Origin: the human T2T-CHM13v2.0 reference genome, Homo sapiens
DNA: 64,000 nt
Reading direction: 5' to 3' (one strand)
Assembly: GCF_009914755.1 (NCBI RefSeq)
Contig: NC_060947.1
The position numbers and the translations under genes are program-made. How positions within the stretch are numbered: the first letter of the stretch is position 1; each line of letters opens with the position of its first letter. This document shows, in pieces, positions 43,351 to 58,049 of the stretch. The notes under the pieces were generated by a model. It saw only the letters and a list, made by a program, of their open reading frames with translations. It was not told the origin of the DNA and searched no databases.

Positions 43351-44305
43351 AAAAACCCCAACTTTGTTACACCAAAGTAAAGGGCACTCTTGAAACAAAA
43401 AAGCTTATTTCACCTCTACATCCCAATGCAACTGTTCTTGCTGTGCAGGAAAATATTTTATTTAAAAATGACCTGAAGGTGGCTGTCAATATTCATACAT
43501 AGGTACTGTGAACAAAGTCAGAAAATTAGAATCAAAACATTTTGGCGATAAAAATTTCTTCCCAAATCAAGCATGAAGCAAAAGGAAATTGTGAGACTTC
43601 ACAAACCAGTAAAAATGCTTTAAATTAGAAATTCAAAGCTCATAGCAGAAGTGGACATAAAAACAAATGTATGTAAAATAAGAGTTAGCTGAATTCAAGA
43701 AATTAATTGATGTCAAAATCATCATAGAAATGAGGACTAAATTGTAATCAATAAGTGAAAGACAGCTTGGCTCACACTGTATTTCCTTGAGTTTCTTGAA
43801 CATGCTACTCCATTGTTGTCTTGCTTTCTATGTTATTGTTGGGAAGTTTGGTGCTAAACTTATTTTCATTCTTTTAAAGTTACTTCAACTTTTTGCCAAG
43901 AGGCCCTGAGCTTTATTTATTTACATTTGAAGTCTAAGATTTGGCACTGAGATTTTTATTGGTGCCAACCATTCTGGATCATCTTTCCCCCATACATGAC
44001 GGACTGTATCTAGTATGACAATGCTGGTTTTATTTTGTTGCTGGAAAGTTTTTTTCTTTTAAGTATACTTTTAAACATTAGTTCTGTTTTATTGTTACAT
44101 GGGGAATACATGGAGGTAAAGGGATATCAAATAAAGATTAAATCTGACAAACCAGGTAGTAGAAGGTTAAGTAAGGAAAGTAAGAGTATTATAAAAGACA
44201 GTAGTGTAAAGGTAACCACTAGAACAAAGTGACAAACCTGCCTAATTACCAAGGCAGGAAAAGAGCCCACATAGACACACAGAAAGTACAATATAATACT
44301 TACAG

Positions 44306-44722
44306 TGTGACGGCTCCCATGAGATGTCAGTTTGGCTGGGCTATAGCCCCCAGTTGTTCCATCAAACACTAATCTAGGTATTGCTGTTGAATGTTCTTGC
44401 TGATGCAATTAAAGCCCCTAATTCATTGATTTTAAGTAAGAGAGATTATCCTGGATAATCTGAGTGGGCCTGACTGAATCAATTAGGTAAGTCTTAAAAG
44501 CAGGGCTGAAGTTTCTCGAAGAGACAGAAAAAATTCTTCCTGTGGACAACAGCTTTGGCCTGTGCCTGTGGAATTTGAGCCTGCCAGTGAACTTCCCTTC
44601 GTGACTGCTTGCCCTAAGGATTTCAGGCTTTTTTAGCTAGGCCCTACAATTGCATAAGCCAATTCATGTAACAGACATACACCCTACATGTTCTACTTCT
44701 CTGATTCAACCTGACTGACACA
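44306..44722 (+). mobile_element. MLT2 (ERVL) solo LTR, MLT2D/E-like
   Basis: tgtga...gtaagagagattatcctggataatctgagtgggcc...ctgactgacaca; TSD (t/c)acag. Confidence 0.75.
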
Positions 44723-45572
44723 CACAGTAATAGAATAAAATAGTATGACAGAGTTGAAATTAAACATATCAGTGATATCAATAAATGTGAATGGGCTTAA
44801 TTCACTATTTAGAGAAAATGATTCAGAGGAAATACAAGGTGAGTCTGGAGCATCTTGTAGTACCACAAAATAAGGAAGTAGTTTTTCTAAAAAAAAGGTA
44901 GGGCATGTCAAAGTGACACAGAAGGACAGAAGGCAATGTGAAAGAGCTCCCAATGAGCAAAGATGGAAAAATCTGAACAACAAAGTAAATCATGTACTAC
45001 TGGATTATTACCCAAAGTACAAAATAAAAATATTTGAATCCTTAGTGGTATAAATAGATGATTGAATAAATAAATAAATGAGGGAAACAAGACAAATTTT
45101 CTTACAACAGAATTCCATGTTTATCAGAAATTTGTTAGAAATTTCTATAGATTCTCCCCTCTTGGAGATGATGCTTAATTATTATTGCCACCACCACTCC
45201 TTGAGTTTGGGCAAGACTTAGTGACTTCTTTCCAAACGAGGAAAAAAATCATCTTTACAGTAAAGAAACTATCACAACTGGCATCAGGATCCCTCATGTG
45301 ACTCCCCCATATGCTTTAAATCCCTTTGACTTCCCCTTTTGCTACTAGCTGGAGAAAACTGCATTTAAAAGTGTTCATGTGATTTGACTAGGCTCACCTG
45401 AATAATCTTCCTTTTTTGAGGTCAACTACGCTGTGTAACACAATCATGAGAGGTATCTCATCATATATTAATATATCTATACAGGTTCTAGAGATTAGGG
45501 TATGACATTTTAGGGGCCATTTTAAGAATTCTACTTAACATACCGTCATATAAATATACATTTAAAATTAAT

Positions 45573-45892
45573 AGTTGGGTGCGGTGGCTCTTGCCTGTAA
45601 TCTCAGCACTTTGGGAGGCCAAGGCAGGTGGATCACATGAGGCCAGGAGTTTGAGACTAGCCTGACCAACATGGTAAAACCCCATCTCTACTAAAAATAC
45701 AAAAATTAGCTGGGTGTGGTGGTGCATGTCTATAATCCCAGCTACTAGGGAGGCTGAGGCAGGAGAATCGCTTGAACCTGGGAGGCGGACATTGTGGTGA
45801 GCCTCCCACCTCACCATTGCTGGTGAGCACTCCAGCCTGGGCAAAACAGCAAGACTGTCTCAAAAATAAATAAATAAAATAATTAAATTAAA
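45573..45892 (+). mobile_element. AluS with rearranged right arm
   Basis: Dimer; 45790-45828 departs from consensus. Confidence 0.9.
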
Positions 45893-46064
45893 TCACACTT
45901 ACAGAAAACTGCATTTGTATGAAGAGGTTTTTCTTTTCGGAGAAATTGTTCTCCAAGAATCATCAGGTCTAACTGTAATACAATTTATTGGAAATTTATT
46001 ACATTGTTATCACAACCTAAAAATGCATGTTGCTTTCATTATGTCAATTAAAAATGAGATTACT

Positions 46065-46420
<356 letters not shown>

Positions 46421-46943
46421 TCACAAAAGTGAGCCAAAAAAATCTTATGATCAATAAAAATACCACATTAATAAAATATTATTCATTGTATTATATAAAA
46501 TTTTGACACCATTTTTGCAATTTGTATGTTTATATATCATTCAGGTATCATGTATCATTGCATGTGCAATTAAAGCCCCTGATCCACTGAATTTTAAGTA
46601 AGGGAGATTATCCTGGATAATCTGAGTGGGCCTGACTAAATCAATTAGGAAGTTTTAAAAGCAGGGTTGAGGTTTCTATAAGAAACATTTATGTATCATT
46701 GTTATCTATATTACATTTTATATGTAATAAAAGATTTTAAGGAAAAATGTTGATATTTTAGTACCTTTAACATTTTTAAAAAGCTTTATGAATAAGGGGC
46801 CCTCCATTTTCATTTGCACTGGGTCCCACAAATTATGTACCCCCAGCTTTAACCCGACAAGAGCATTACAAAAAAAGCAGATTACAAACCAATATCCCTC
46901 ATGAACATAGATGCAAAAATCTGTTAAAAATATTGACAATTCA

Positions 46944-47243
<300 letters not shown>

Positions 47244-47288
<45 letters not shown>

Positions 47289-47380
47289 CGTATATGTATA
47301 TATACGTATATATACATATATATACGTATATGTATATATACGTATATATACATATATATACACGTATATATATACACACA
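47244..47380. repeat. Compound (TA)n/(TATATACG) microsatellite grown from the Alu tail
   Basis: ~135 bp alternating purine-pyrimidine with repeated tatacgtata palindromes. Confidence 0.95.
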
Positions 47381-49502
47381 CAATTCAAATCCACCAATAT
47401 ATAAAAGGAATAATACATTATGAACAACTAGTGTTTATTTGAAGAATCAAAGTTCTATTTAATGTTCAAAAATCTATCAATAATATTAAGAGAACAAAGA
47501 TTTTTAAAAACCATATCATCACAACAAAGGCAGGAAAATCTTACAAAATTCAATAACAATTCAGAATGAAAAGAAAAATTCAGCAAACTAGGGAACTTCC
47601 TCAACCTAGAAAAACCAACAGCTAACATAACATTTAATTGTGAAATATTAAATGCTTCCCTCAAGGTTAGAAACAAGACAAAAATGTCTGCTTTCACTAT
47701 TTGTATTCAACATTGTACTGGAGGCCCTGGTAAGTGCAATATGGTAAGAAAAATAAAGGGCACAAATATTGAAAAGGAGAAAAGTTGAACTAGTTTTCTT
47801 TTTTTTCATACCCAACATGATTATTTACATATAAACCCTAAGAAATATTCAAAAAATGGAAAATTTACAAGACAAAAGGTCAATACATAAAAACCAATTG
47901 TATTTATATATGCAAGCAACAAATAATTGGAATATGAAATTTAAAAATTTACCAAAGCTCAAAATATAGTATTCATATTTAATAAAAAATATGTAGGCTC
48001 TCTACACAGAACACTCAAAACGTTGAAGACCTAAATAAACTAGGGAATGTTTTCATATAAAGTGTTCATGGCTTAGAAGACTCAATATTTTAAGATCTGA
48101 AGTTATCGCACATTCATTCTTGCTTTCAACAGGATTCTGTTAAAAATTCCAGCTGGATTTTTTCATAGAAATTGTCAGGATATTTCTAAAATTTCTATGG
48201 CCATGCATCTTGACTAGAATAGGCAAAAACATTCTTGAGAAAAAGATTAAAGTAGGAGTATTTACGCTGATTTTAATATCTAAAATAAAGCTATGGTAAT
48301 CAAGATAATATGGTATTTATATATGAAAACAGATCCATGGAACAGAAATAAAGTCAGGAAATAGACCAACTCACGTATTACCAAGTGATTTTTGACAATG
48401 ACACCAAGGCGTCAAAACAACTAAATATCAGCATTGAAATAAATGAACCTTGTTTCATACCTTATACCATATACAAAAATAAACTCAAAATGGATCATAA
48501 ATATAAAAACTAAAACTTTAAAACTCTTAGAAGTCATAAGAGATTATCTTTATGAACTGGAGGCTAGGCAAAGTTTTTTTAAATGTATAAAGCACTTAAG
48601 TTGATCGCATAAAAGTAGAGTAGAATAGTGATAACTAGAAGTTGGGAAGAGTGGAGGGAAAGGGATAGCCAAAGATTGGTTAATGGATACAAAATTAAAG
48701 CTAGATAGGAGGAATGAGTTCTGGTGTTCTATAGAACTGTAAGGTGATTAAGTTAGCAATAATTTATTCTGTGTTTTCAAAGAATTAGCAGAGAGGATTT
48801 TGAATGTTCCCAACATAAAGAAATGATAAACATTTGAAATTATAAATATGCTAATTACCCTGATTTGATCATTACACATTGTGTACAGGTGTTGAAATAC
48901 CACACTGTACTCCATAAATATGTTCAATTATTATGTGCCAATTAAAAATAATTTTTATGAAAAATCAAGTCTGTCTTAGAAATAAGTAAATACAAGAACA
49001 ATATACACTAAAATGCATAAGAGAAAAGACAAAAGCAAAAAATGATGAAATAAAAAATGATATGTGTATTTCATAAAAACCAAAAATGTCTACTCATCAA
49101 AAAACAACATTAAGAAAATAAGAAGACAAGCCATTGTACTGAAAAATATATTTGTGAAACATATAACTGACAAATGACTCACACACAGAACATGTGAAGA
49201 ACTCTTACAACTCAATGATAAAAATAAGCAACCCAATAAAAATGTCTAAGTTTTTAAAACTTAGACATTTCATAGAAGAGTATCTACCAATGGCCAGTAA
49301 AGATGCTCAGCAACGTTAGCCATTGAGTTAAAGCCATAGCAATGTACTACTACACACACACCAAGATGGTTACAGTTAAGACGACTTTCAATATCAGATG
49401 TTGCAGAGGTTGAAGAGTATCTGAATCTCTTGTATGCTGCTGGTGGAAGTGGAAAATGGTATAACCACATTTCAAAACTCTTATAACTCCAAACATATAC
49501 TA

Positions 49503-50030
49503 TGTGGTAGGGTTCTTCAGAGAAACAGAACTAATGGGGCATGTATAGATGTATAAGACAGGTTATGGGAATTGGCTTATGTTATTATGGAGACTAATAA
49601 GTCCCACAATCTGCCATCTGCAAATTGTATAATTAGGAAAGCAGGTGATGTAATTTAGTCTGAGGCTGAAGGCCTGAGAATAGTTGGGGGTGGGAGTGAA
49701 GAAGGGGTCTGCTGGTATAAATTTCAGAGTCCCAAAGCCTGAAAACTAGCAGCTCTAATGTCCCAGGGTAGGAGAAATGGATGTCCTAGTTCCAGAAGAG
49801 AGAGAAGAGGGAATTCACTCTTCTTCCACCTTTATGTTCTATTTGGACCCTAATTGACTGGATGATGCCAGCCCACATTGGTGAGAGTGGATCTTTTTTA
49901 CTCAGGCTACTGATTCAAATGCTAATCTAATCTGGAAATACTTTCATATACATGCCCAGAAATAATGTTTAGTCAAATATCTGGGCAGTTTGTGATCTAG
50001 CCAAGTTGATGCATAAAATTAACCATCACA
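49503..50030 (-). mobile_element. MLT2 (ERVL) solo LTR
   Basis: agggttcttcagagaaacagaac...ccaagttgatgcataaaattaaccatcaca. Confidence 0.85.
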
Positions 50031-50536
50031 TATAACTACCTTATAATCCAACAACTCTACTCCTAGATAATTATTAAAAGAAATAAAGACCATATATCCA
50101 CAAAAAATCTTAAGCATGCTCATTGCAGCTTTGTTCAGAATAGCAAAACATTGGTAACAATTTAAATGTGCATCAAAAGGAGAATGCATAAGTAAAGTGT
50201 GATACATTTACATGATTAAATAACACTCATAATAGTGGTTGCCTCTGGGTGGAAGGGGGATAATTAACTTGAAAATGGCATGGGGGATCTTTCTAAAGTG
50301 CTAGCAATATTCTGTGTCTTTATATTGGTTTTAATTACACAGGTGTGTTCATTTGTTAAAATTCTGATCAACCTGCACACTTAAGATCTGTTCATTTTAC
50401 CAACTGTAACTATATCTAAACAAAATTAACATTAAAATGTATGTTATTAAACCAGCGTTTACGGAGAAATATATAGTTAAATATACAAATGTAAAATATA
50501 TAGTATATATTTAAAGAAGAAAAATTAAAAAATTAT

Positions 50537-50661
50537 CAGGAGGCTGAGGCAGGAGAATCGCTTGAACCCAGGAGGTGGAGGCTGGGCTGCAGTGAGCTGA
50601 GATTGCACCACTGCACTCCAGCCTGGGCAACAGAGCAAGACTCTGTCTCAAAAAAAAAAAA
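50537..50661 (+). mobile_element. Alu right-arm fragment
   Basis: caggaggctgaggcaggagaatcgcttgaacc...gactctgtctc poly-A. Confidence 0.9.
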
Positions 50662-51364
50662 TCAACAATCTACATGTCTAACTCAAGAAGATAAAGAATT
50701 GATAGATTCTGTGGCAAGACTGATCAAGCAAATAAAAGAGAAAAAACAGAAGTTACCAATTTCATGAATTTCATTTAATATCCTACAGATATTAAAATGA
50801 TAATAAGATATTATGAAGAATTTTATGCCAAAAACTTTAAACTTTTGATAAAACAGACAAATTCATTTAAAAATTTTACCAAAACCAACACTAGAAAAAT
50901 TGAAAATGTGAAGAGTCCTGTATCTATTATACTAAAGAAATACAAAACCATAATTAAAAACCATGCCACAGGAAATAAAACAGCCAGGCCAGATGACAAC
51001 ACTGGTGAATTCTTCTAAATATTTAAGGAGGACATGTAACACAAATTGCTTTTGAGGGAAGAAAAACAGGATACATTAGCAACTTGTTTTATAAGGCAAG
51101 CATAATTTTTACTTATAATATGAAAAAAGACATTATTTTAAAAGGATAATTATAGGTCAATATCTGTCCTGAACATAAATGCAAAAGACCTAAAATTTTT
51201 AGCAAATTGTATCTAGCAATATGTAGAATACTGTACTATATTATAAATACATAGTAAAATTTATTGTAGTAGGAGCAGTGTTTCAGTATTTAGGAATTTA
51301 GGGTTTAAGGCAACTTTATAGAGCATAACTACTTTGAATAATGAGAATTTACTGGAAATACATA

Positions 51365-51707
51365 CAGCCATCCCTCAGTATCTATGTGGGATTGGTTCCA
51401 GGATCCCCCTCAAATACCAAAATTCATGGGTGCTCAAGTCCCTGATACACAATGGTGTAGTATTTGCATATCACTTATGCACATCCTCCCATATACTTTA
51501 AAGCATCTCTAGGTTACTTGCAACACCTAATACAATGTAAATGTCATGTAAATAGTTGTTATACTGTATTGTTTAGGGAATAATGACAAGAAAAAATCTG
51601 TACATGTAAGCACAGATATAACCATCTGGTTTTATTTTTCAAATATTTTTTATCTGTAGTTGGTTGAATCCACAAATGTGGAATCCACAGATACTGAAGG
51701 TAAACAG
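51365..51707 (+). mobile_element. MER2 (TcMar-Tigger) MITE
   Basis: cagccatccctcagtatct...ggattggttccagga...cacagatactgaaggtaaacag with TA target duplication. Confidence 0.85.
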
Positions 51708-51714
51708 TATAATC

Positions 51715-52822
51715 ATAATCCATCAGTGTTATTATTTTATGGGTTCAAGTAAAGTGTAGAAACCCTACCTCCTTTTACATTCCTGAGTCCTTCCCCATTT
51801 ATGATATAATTGTCTTAAATATTTTTTACATATATTTAGAACCACAACAGTGTTATAATTTTTCCTCCACATATCACATATAATTTAAAAACTCAAGAAT
51901 GAAAATTTCTTGTCTTTACTCATTTTTTTAATTTTATGATCTTTCTTCCTTCCTGATGTCCCAAGATTTATTTTTTGTCATTTCCTTTCTGTTTACAGAC
52001 CCATTCTTAGAGGGTAGTTCTGCTAGTCACACATTTTCTTAATTTTTCTTCATCTGAAAATATCTTGATTTCCCCTTCATTCTTAAAGGATATTTTTTCT
52101 GGATATAGGATTCTGAGCTGACTGTTCTTTTGTTTCAGCTATTGAAAATGTTGTGCCATTTTCTTTTGGTCTCTCTATTTTCTGACGAGAAATCTGATGT
52201 CATTTGAATAGTTTTTCCTCCCATGGATAATGTGTCATTTCTCTCTCACTGCTCTCAAAATTTTTCTTATTTCTTTTTTAGTTTTCGGAAATTTGACTAT
52301 GCTGTGTCTTAGTGTAGATTGCTTGGGGTGTATACTGCTTGGGGTTTGCCCAGCCTCTGAAATATGTAGGTTTGTGTCTTGTAACAAATGTGAGAAATTT
52401 CAGCTATTCTTTCTTATAGTACTTTTCCAGCCCTTTCCTTTTTTTCCTCTTTTTTATAGGACTCCAGTGACGTGAATGTCCTGTTGTTTATTATAGTTCT
52501 ACAGGTTTTGGGGGCTCTATTCATCATTTTCAGGCTATATTTTCTCTCTATTGGTTAATTTCCATTGTTATATTTTCCAGTTTACTAATTTTTTTCCTCT
52601 GTCCTCTCCATTCTGATGTTGAGTCTGTGCAATGAATTTTAAAGTAGTGTTATAGTATTTTTCAGCTCTAAAATTTTCATTTTTTTCTTTTATACATGTT
52701 CCATTTCTTTGTTGAGACACGCTCTCTTCCTTGAGTCTCTGTTTTTCATTTGCTTCAAGTATGTTTGCAATTGTTCACTGAAACATATTCATGATGGCTG
52801 CTTATAATCTTAGGTAATTCTA
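51715..52822 (-). mobile_element. Old L1M ORF1/inter-ORF region, antisense
   Basis: ccttcattcttaaaggatattttttctggatataggattct; tctgacgagaaatctg; tttgactatgctgtgtct. Confidence 0.7.
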
Positions 52823-52824
52823 AC

Positions 52825-53046
52825 AGTGGGAGTTGAACAATGAGAACACATGGACACAGGGAGGGGAACATCACACACTGGGGCCTGTCAGGGGGTGGGG
52901 GGCTAGGGGAGGGATAGCATTAGGAGAAATACCTAATGTAGATGACAGGTTGATGGGTGCAGCAAACCACAATGGCACATGTATACCTATGTAACAAAAC
53001 TGCACGTTCTGCACATGTACTCCAGAACTTAAAGTATAATAAAAAA
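52825..53046 (+). mobile_element. L1PA6/7-like 3' end
   Basis: agtgggagttgaacaatgagaacacatggacacagggagggg...gaacttaaagtataataaaaaa; no TSD found. Confidence 0.9.
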
Positions 53047-54090
53047 TAGAAATTATATACATTTAGGGTGTACAGCTTGATGGTTTGATATATTTATACA
53101 CTGTGATATGATCATTACAATCAAGGTAGTTAACATACCTATTACCTCACATAGTTACCACTATTTTGATGTTCAGAATATTTAGGATCCACCCTCTTAG
53201 CAAATTTCAATTACTGTATGCAGTACAGTATTGTTAACTAAAGATGCTGTGCTGTAAATTAGATCTCCAGGACTAATTTATCTTGCATAATGGACACTGT
53301 ACCCTTTGACCAATAATTCCCCTTTCTCTATACCTCTCTATTCCTCTTTCTCTAAACCTCTGGCAACCCATTCTACTCTGTGCTTTTATGAGTTTGACAA
53401 TTTTATAGCCCACATATAAGTGAGATCATGCAGTACTTGTTCTTCTGTGTTTGGCTTATTTCACTTAATAGAATGTCCTCCAAGTTCATTTGTGTTGTCA
53501 CAAATGGCAGGATTTCCTTCCTTTTAAAGGCTGAATGATATCCCGTTGCATATACACCACATTTTCTTTATCCATTTATCTGTTGGTAGACATTTAGGTT
53601 ATTTCCACATCTTGGCTATTGTGAATAATGCTGCAATAAACATGGGAGAGCAAATATCTCTTTGAAATACTTTTTTTATTTCTTTGGGATATATGTCCAG
53701 AAGAGAAATTGCTGGATCATATGGTGGTTATATTTTTAATTTTTGGAGGAACCGCCTCATTATTTTTCAAAATGGCTGTACCAGTTTACATTTTCACCAA
53801 TAGTGTATGAGGGTTCCCTTTTCTCTACATCCTCACCAACACTTGTCATCTTTTGTCTTTTTGTAATAATCATCTTAACAGGTGTGAGGTGATATCTCAT
53901 TGTGGCTTTAATTTGCATTTCCTTGATGATTAGTGATATTGAGCACATTTTCATATACCTGCTAGCCATTTGTATGTTGTCTTTGAAGGAATGTCTGTTG
54001 AAGTCCTTTTCCATTTTTTAAATTGGAGATATATATATATATATATTTATATATATAGCTATTGAGTTGTGGAAATCCCTTATATATTTT
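53047..54090 (-). mobile_element. L1MA-like 3' end, antisense
   Basis: ORF 53760-54014 is an ORF2 C-terminal remnant ([17 protein letters not shown]). Confidence 0.85.
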
Positions 54091-54167
54091 ATTTGTCTGT
54101 GTTAAGAATAAGGAATTGGCTCCCTAGCATCTCCCAAAGCTGACCAAATAAATGTGTTCTGGCTTGC

Positions 54168-54507
54168 TTTTTTATTTCATTGTATTTTATTTATTTTAGT
54201 TTTGCTCGGTTGCTCGGGCTGGAGTGCAATGATGCAATCATAGCTCACTACAGCCTCAAACTTCTGGGCTCAAGCTATCCTCCTGTTTCAGCATCCTAAG
54301 TAACTAATACTAGAAGCACACATCACCATGCCTGGCTAATTTTTTTATTTTTATTTTTTAAGAGACAGAGTCTCGCTCTGGACCCGGGCTGGAGTGTAGT
54401 GGCACGATCGTAGCTCACTGCAGCCTTGAACTCCTGGGCTCAAGCGATCCTTCCACCTCAGTTTCCTGAGTTGCTGGGACTACAGGCATGCACCACTGCA
54501 CCTGCCT
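54168..54507 (-). mobile_element. AluJ (AluJo-like)
   Basis: Two antisense arms with ctgggctcaagc(t/g)atcc J-type motifs. Confidence 0.85.
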
Positions 54508-54519
54508 CCTTTGCATTGT

Positions 54520-56100
54520 TTTAATATCATGATGAGTTCATGTATCTAAACATTTTTATATGTTAAAATGACTGCAGTTATTGTTCTTTTTAATGATCAA
54601 ATTGTTCTATCTTCCACTGGAAACCACTTAGGTTGGCTTCTGTGTCCTTTTTGACAAAACCTAAATAGCGTTTGTTAGTTTTCTTGCTTTCTGGCACGAC
54701 AGAAAATAGCTTTGAATCATCTTTCTTGATATATAGAATGATATTTGCATGATATATAGAATCACCCATTATAATTTGAGGCTCATCATATATATTTCCT
54801 GCCACAGACTCAGTATGAGCTATTTCTTCAATGAATCCTGATTCCTTTTAATGGGAAATAGTGTTTAGAGACCACAATCTGAATGCTGTGGCAGTTAGTT
54901 TGCTACTATGTTCATATTTTCTAAGAGTTTTCTATGATCAGAGCTATTAAATAAATATGTGTTAAGAAGATTACATCATGAGTTCATACTAACATTTCAA
55001 ATTTAAGTATAGGGTTATAGGGTTTTTATTTATTTTATTTCATTTTATATTCATATCTCTTTTCCCATATGTTGAAAACCTTAATTTGCTTTATTCTAAA
55101 ATATTTATTATGGTGCTATGTATGGACTGAATGTTTGTGGTCCCCCCTGCTAAATTCATATGTTAAAATGCTAATCCCAATGTGTTGGTATTTGGAGATG
55201 GAGCCTTTGGGAGATAATTAGATCTTGAAGGTAGAGTCTTCCCAAATGGAATTAGTGCCCTTTTAAGAAGAGGCCAGAAAGCCAGCTAACTCTAGTTCTG
55301 CCACATGAGGACACAGTGAGAAGGCAGCTGTCTACTAGACAGAAGAGGGCTCTCACCAGAACCCAATCATGCTGGTACTCTGATCATGGACTTCCAGTCT
55401 CCAGAACTGTGAGAAATAAATATCTGGTGTTTATAAGCCACCTAGTTTATGGTATTTTATTATAGCAACCTGAACTGAATAAGACATATGTTTTCATAAC
55501 CTTACCAATGTTATTGCTAACAATATGGCTACTGAAAATGCTTTAAGATTTATTTGTAGCTGCTTTTGTTCCTAAGGTATGTCCCACTGTGGATGTGTAG
55601 TTAAAGTATTGTGTTTTACAATCACTTGAAATAATTCCTTTCTGTATGGTTAAGGTTATGTTACCATCTCAATATAAGTTAAATTCATCAGTTTCATTTC
55701 GTGTTTTGATTTTTAGTGATTGCTTTATCATTTTATTTTACTTTTTAATAATTTATAAAACAGCATTATGGTTCCAAAGACAAATATACAAAATACATTA
55801 CATTTACATACGTTTAGCTTCCTTTATTGTTCTTTTCACCCTGGTTTCTCCCTCCTCATAAGTTGCCATTTTTATTATTTTTGGTTTATCCTTCCAGTAT
55901 TATTTTAAAATATACACATAAATACACATTCCTATTCTCTCTCTTTATCAGATTAAAGCTATCATACTGTATACATTATTCTGCACTTTGTTTTTATAAC
56001 CTAACAGTAGATCCTGGAGATCACTTAATAGCAGCACATACGAAGATTCCTCATCCCTTTATGTAGCTACATAAGCTTTTTTTTTTACTGTGTGGCTATG
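54520..56100 (-). mobile_element. Old L1MC/MD-like 3' UTR, interrupted by MLT1A
   Basis: ggttggcttctgtgtcctttttgaca; tttagagaccacaatctg. Confidence 0.55.
55114..55486 (+). mobile_element. MLT1A-like MaLR solo LTR
   Basis: tgctatg...ggacttccagtctccagaactgtgagaaataaa...taagaca; TSD tatg(g/t). Confidence 0.88.
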
Positions 56101-56984
56101 AGTAGGTTATTCAGTCTCTAAAGAGAGTACTTTAATAGGAACAGTGTCACGCAACAAGCCTGGGAACATAGCAACCAGGGCACAAAGAAAAAGTGTCAAT
56201 TCCAAGTTATGGGCAGTTACTGGCTTAAAGAGAAAATTGCTCAAATAGTGAAAGCAACATTTCAATACTGAGCTGTTTGTGGCAAAAAGGAATTGCATAC
56301 TCAAACCAAAAGTGTGTTAAATTAATACAATGGGGGAAAATTACAACCATTGAAAGAGACTGATACCTTGGTTTATTAGGGAAAAAAAAATATGCTTTGG
56401 TAGGATGATTGCTGCTTGTAGAACTGCCAAATTGGGGACTGAATGAAAAACACTCAGGTATAATATAGCTACCTCAGAGTCTTTTAATTCCACATACCAA
56501 GGTAGATATTAATAATAATATATATTTTTTAATTCAGAAGATGTTTTCCCACATAGCTGTGGACAACACAAGGCAATTGTTAGAGGAAATTTGATGAAGT
56601 TGTCCTGACATTGTTCTCTCAGTGGGTTTCCCCTCTATTATTTCATTTCATCTTTACAACTACCTTTACAGCTATGGTGTTATTATTTTCTCTATTTGAG
56701 ATGTGAGAATGTTCAGAGGTGTGAAATGACTTATCCAAGATCACTTAGGTGTCCAGTGAAAATAGCTGCCATTCCTAGCCCAGTGTTTTTTCCATGACAT
56801 CAGAAATAGTACAGTAACAATCAAGTAAGGCCTAATCAAGTCGTCTAGTCAAATTTTGAACATACTCAACCCATAAAAATTCTTGTGCTAACTCTAAGTT
56901 CAGCAGTTCCCTAAAGGGTCTAGGGATAGAGCAGAGAAGAGAGGGCTGATAATAATCATGTAAACCAACACGATAATTTAGCAG

Positions 56985-57450
56985 CTGAGATACTTATCTA
57001 TTGTTGCATAACAAATTATTCTAAAACTTAGCTTAAAACAACAAATATTTACTGTATCAAGCAGTTTCTGAGGGTTAGGAATTCAGGAGGAGCGGCTTAG
57101 CTGGATAGTCTGGCCCCAGATCTTTCATGAGGTTGTAGTCAAGCTGTCAGCAAGGGGTGGAGAATCTGCTGCCAAGCTCAGTTATGGGGTTGAAAGAAGC
57201 CTCTATTTTTTGACATACCACGTGGACTTCTCCATGGGGCTGCTTGATATGGCAGCTAGCTTCCTTCCCCCAGTGTGAGTGATCCAAGTGAGACAGAAAG
57301 CGCAAATGAATGAGAGTGCCCACGGTGAAAGACGAAGTCTTTTTTTTATAACCCCGTCTCATCACTTTTGCCTTATAACATAGACCAAATCCAATGTGAA
57401 TGCCAGGAAACAGGGATCACTGGAGGCCCATTTGGGATGCTGGCACCACA
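56985..57450 (-). mobile_element. MLT1F-like MaLR LTR
   Basis: tatctattgttgcataacaaatta...aaaacttag...ttcatgaggttgtagtcaagctgtc...caccaca. Confidence 0.75.
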
Positions 57451-57454
57451 ATAG

Positions 57455-57710
57455 CTAATGCTGGGAGAAGTCTTACTGTGCATCAGACACTTTACTGAGC
57501 ACTTTATATGTATTATTTTATCCATAGCCCTCACAGTGACACTGAGAGGCAGGCACTATTATTATTCCTGTTTTACAGATGAGGAAAGTGAAGCTCCGAG
57601 GTGTTGTCTGAGTGAGTGAACTTGTCCAAAGTCACAGAGCTAGAAAGTGTTAGAGCCAGGATTCAAACTCAGGTAGTCTGGCACTATCTCACTAAGCTAT
57701 ATTGTCTCTA
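57455..57710 (-). mobile_element. MIR (followed by antisense L2 ~57720-58040)
   Basis: attattattcctgttttacagatgaggaaagtgaagctc...gagccaggattcaaactcagg. Confidence 0.85.
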
Positions 57711-58049
57711 TGTTCAGATATTAGTAAGTGCTATGAAGGAAATAAGATAATATGATGGAGTGACTGGAGTATGGATCAGACAGGGATTTTTTATTTTGTT
57801 ATGTTTTAAATTGAGTTGTCAGGGTAAACCACTCTGTAGAGGTGATACTTGAGTTGTGACCCAAATGGTGAGAGGAAAGCCAGCCTCATGAATTGGTGAA
57901 GATACACTTTAGACAGAGGGAATATAATGTGCAAAGACCTCAAGGCAGGAAAAATCTTGGTATATTGAAGGAACACAAAGAAATCAGTGTGGTTTGAGTA
58001 TATTGCGCATGAAGGGATGGGAATAGGATCTCAGGTATAGAGAAGACAT

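Noticed and set aside
43224-43502. Poly-His ORF
   Set aside because: TTG start, CAC/CAT microsatellite between L1 fragments, no exon signals
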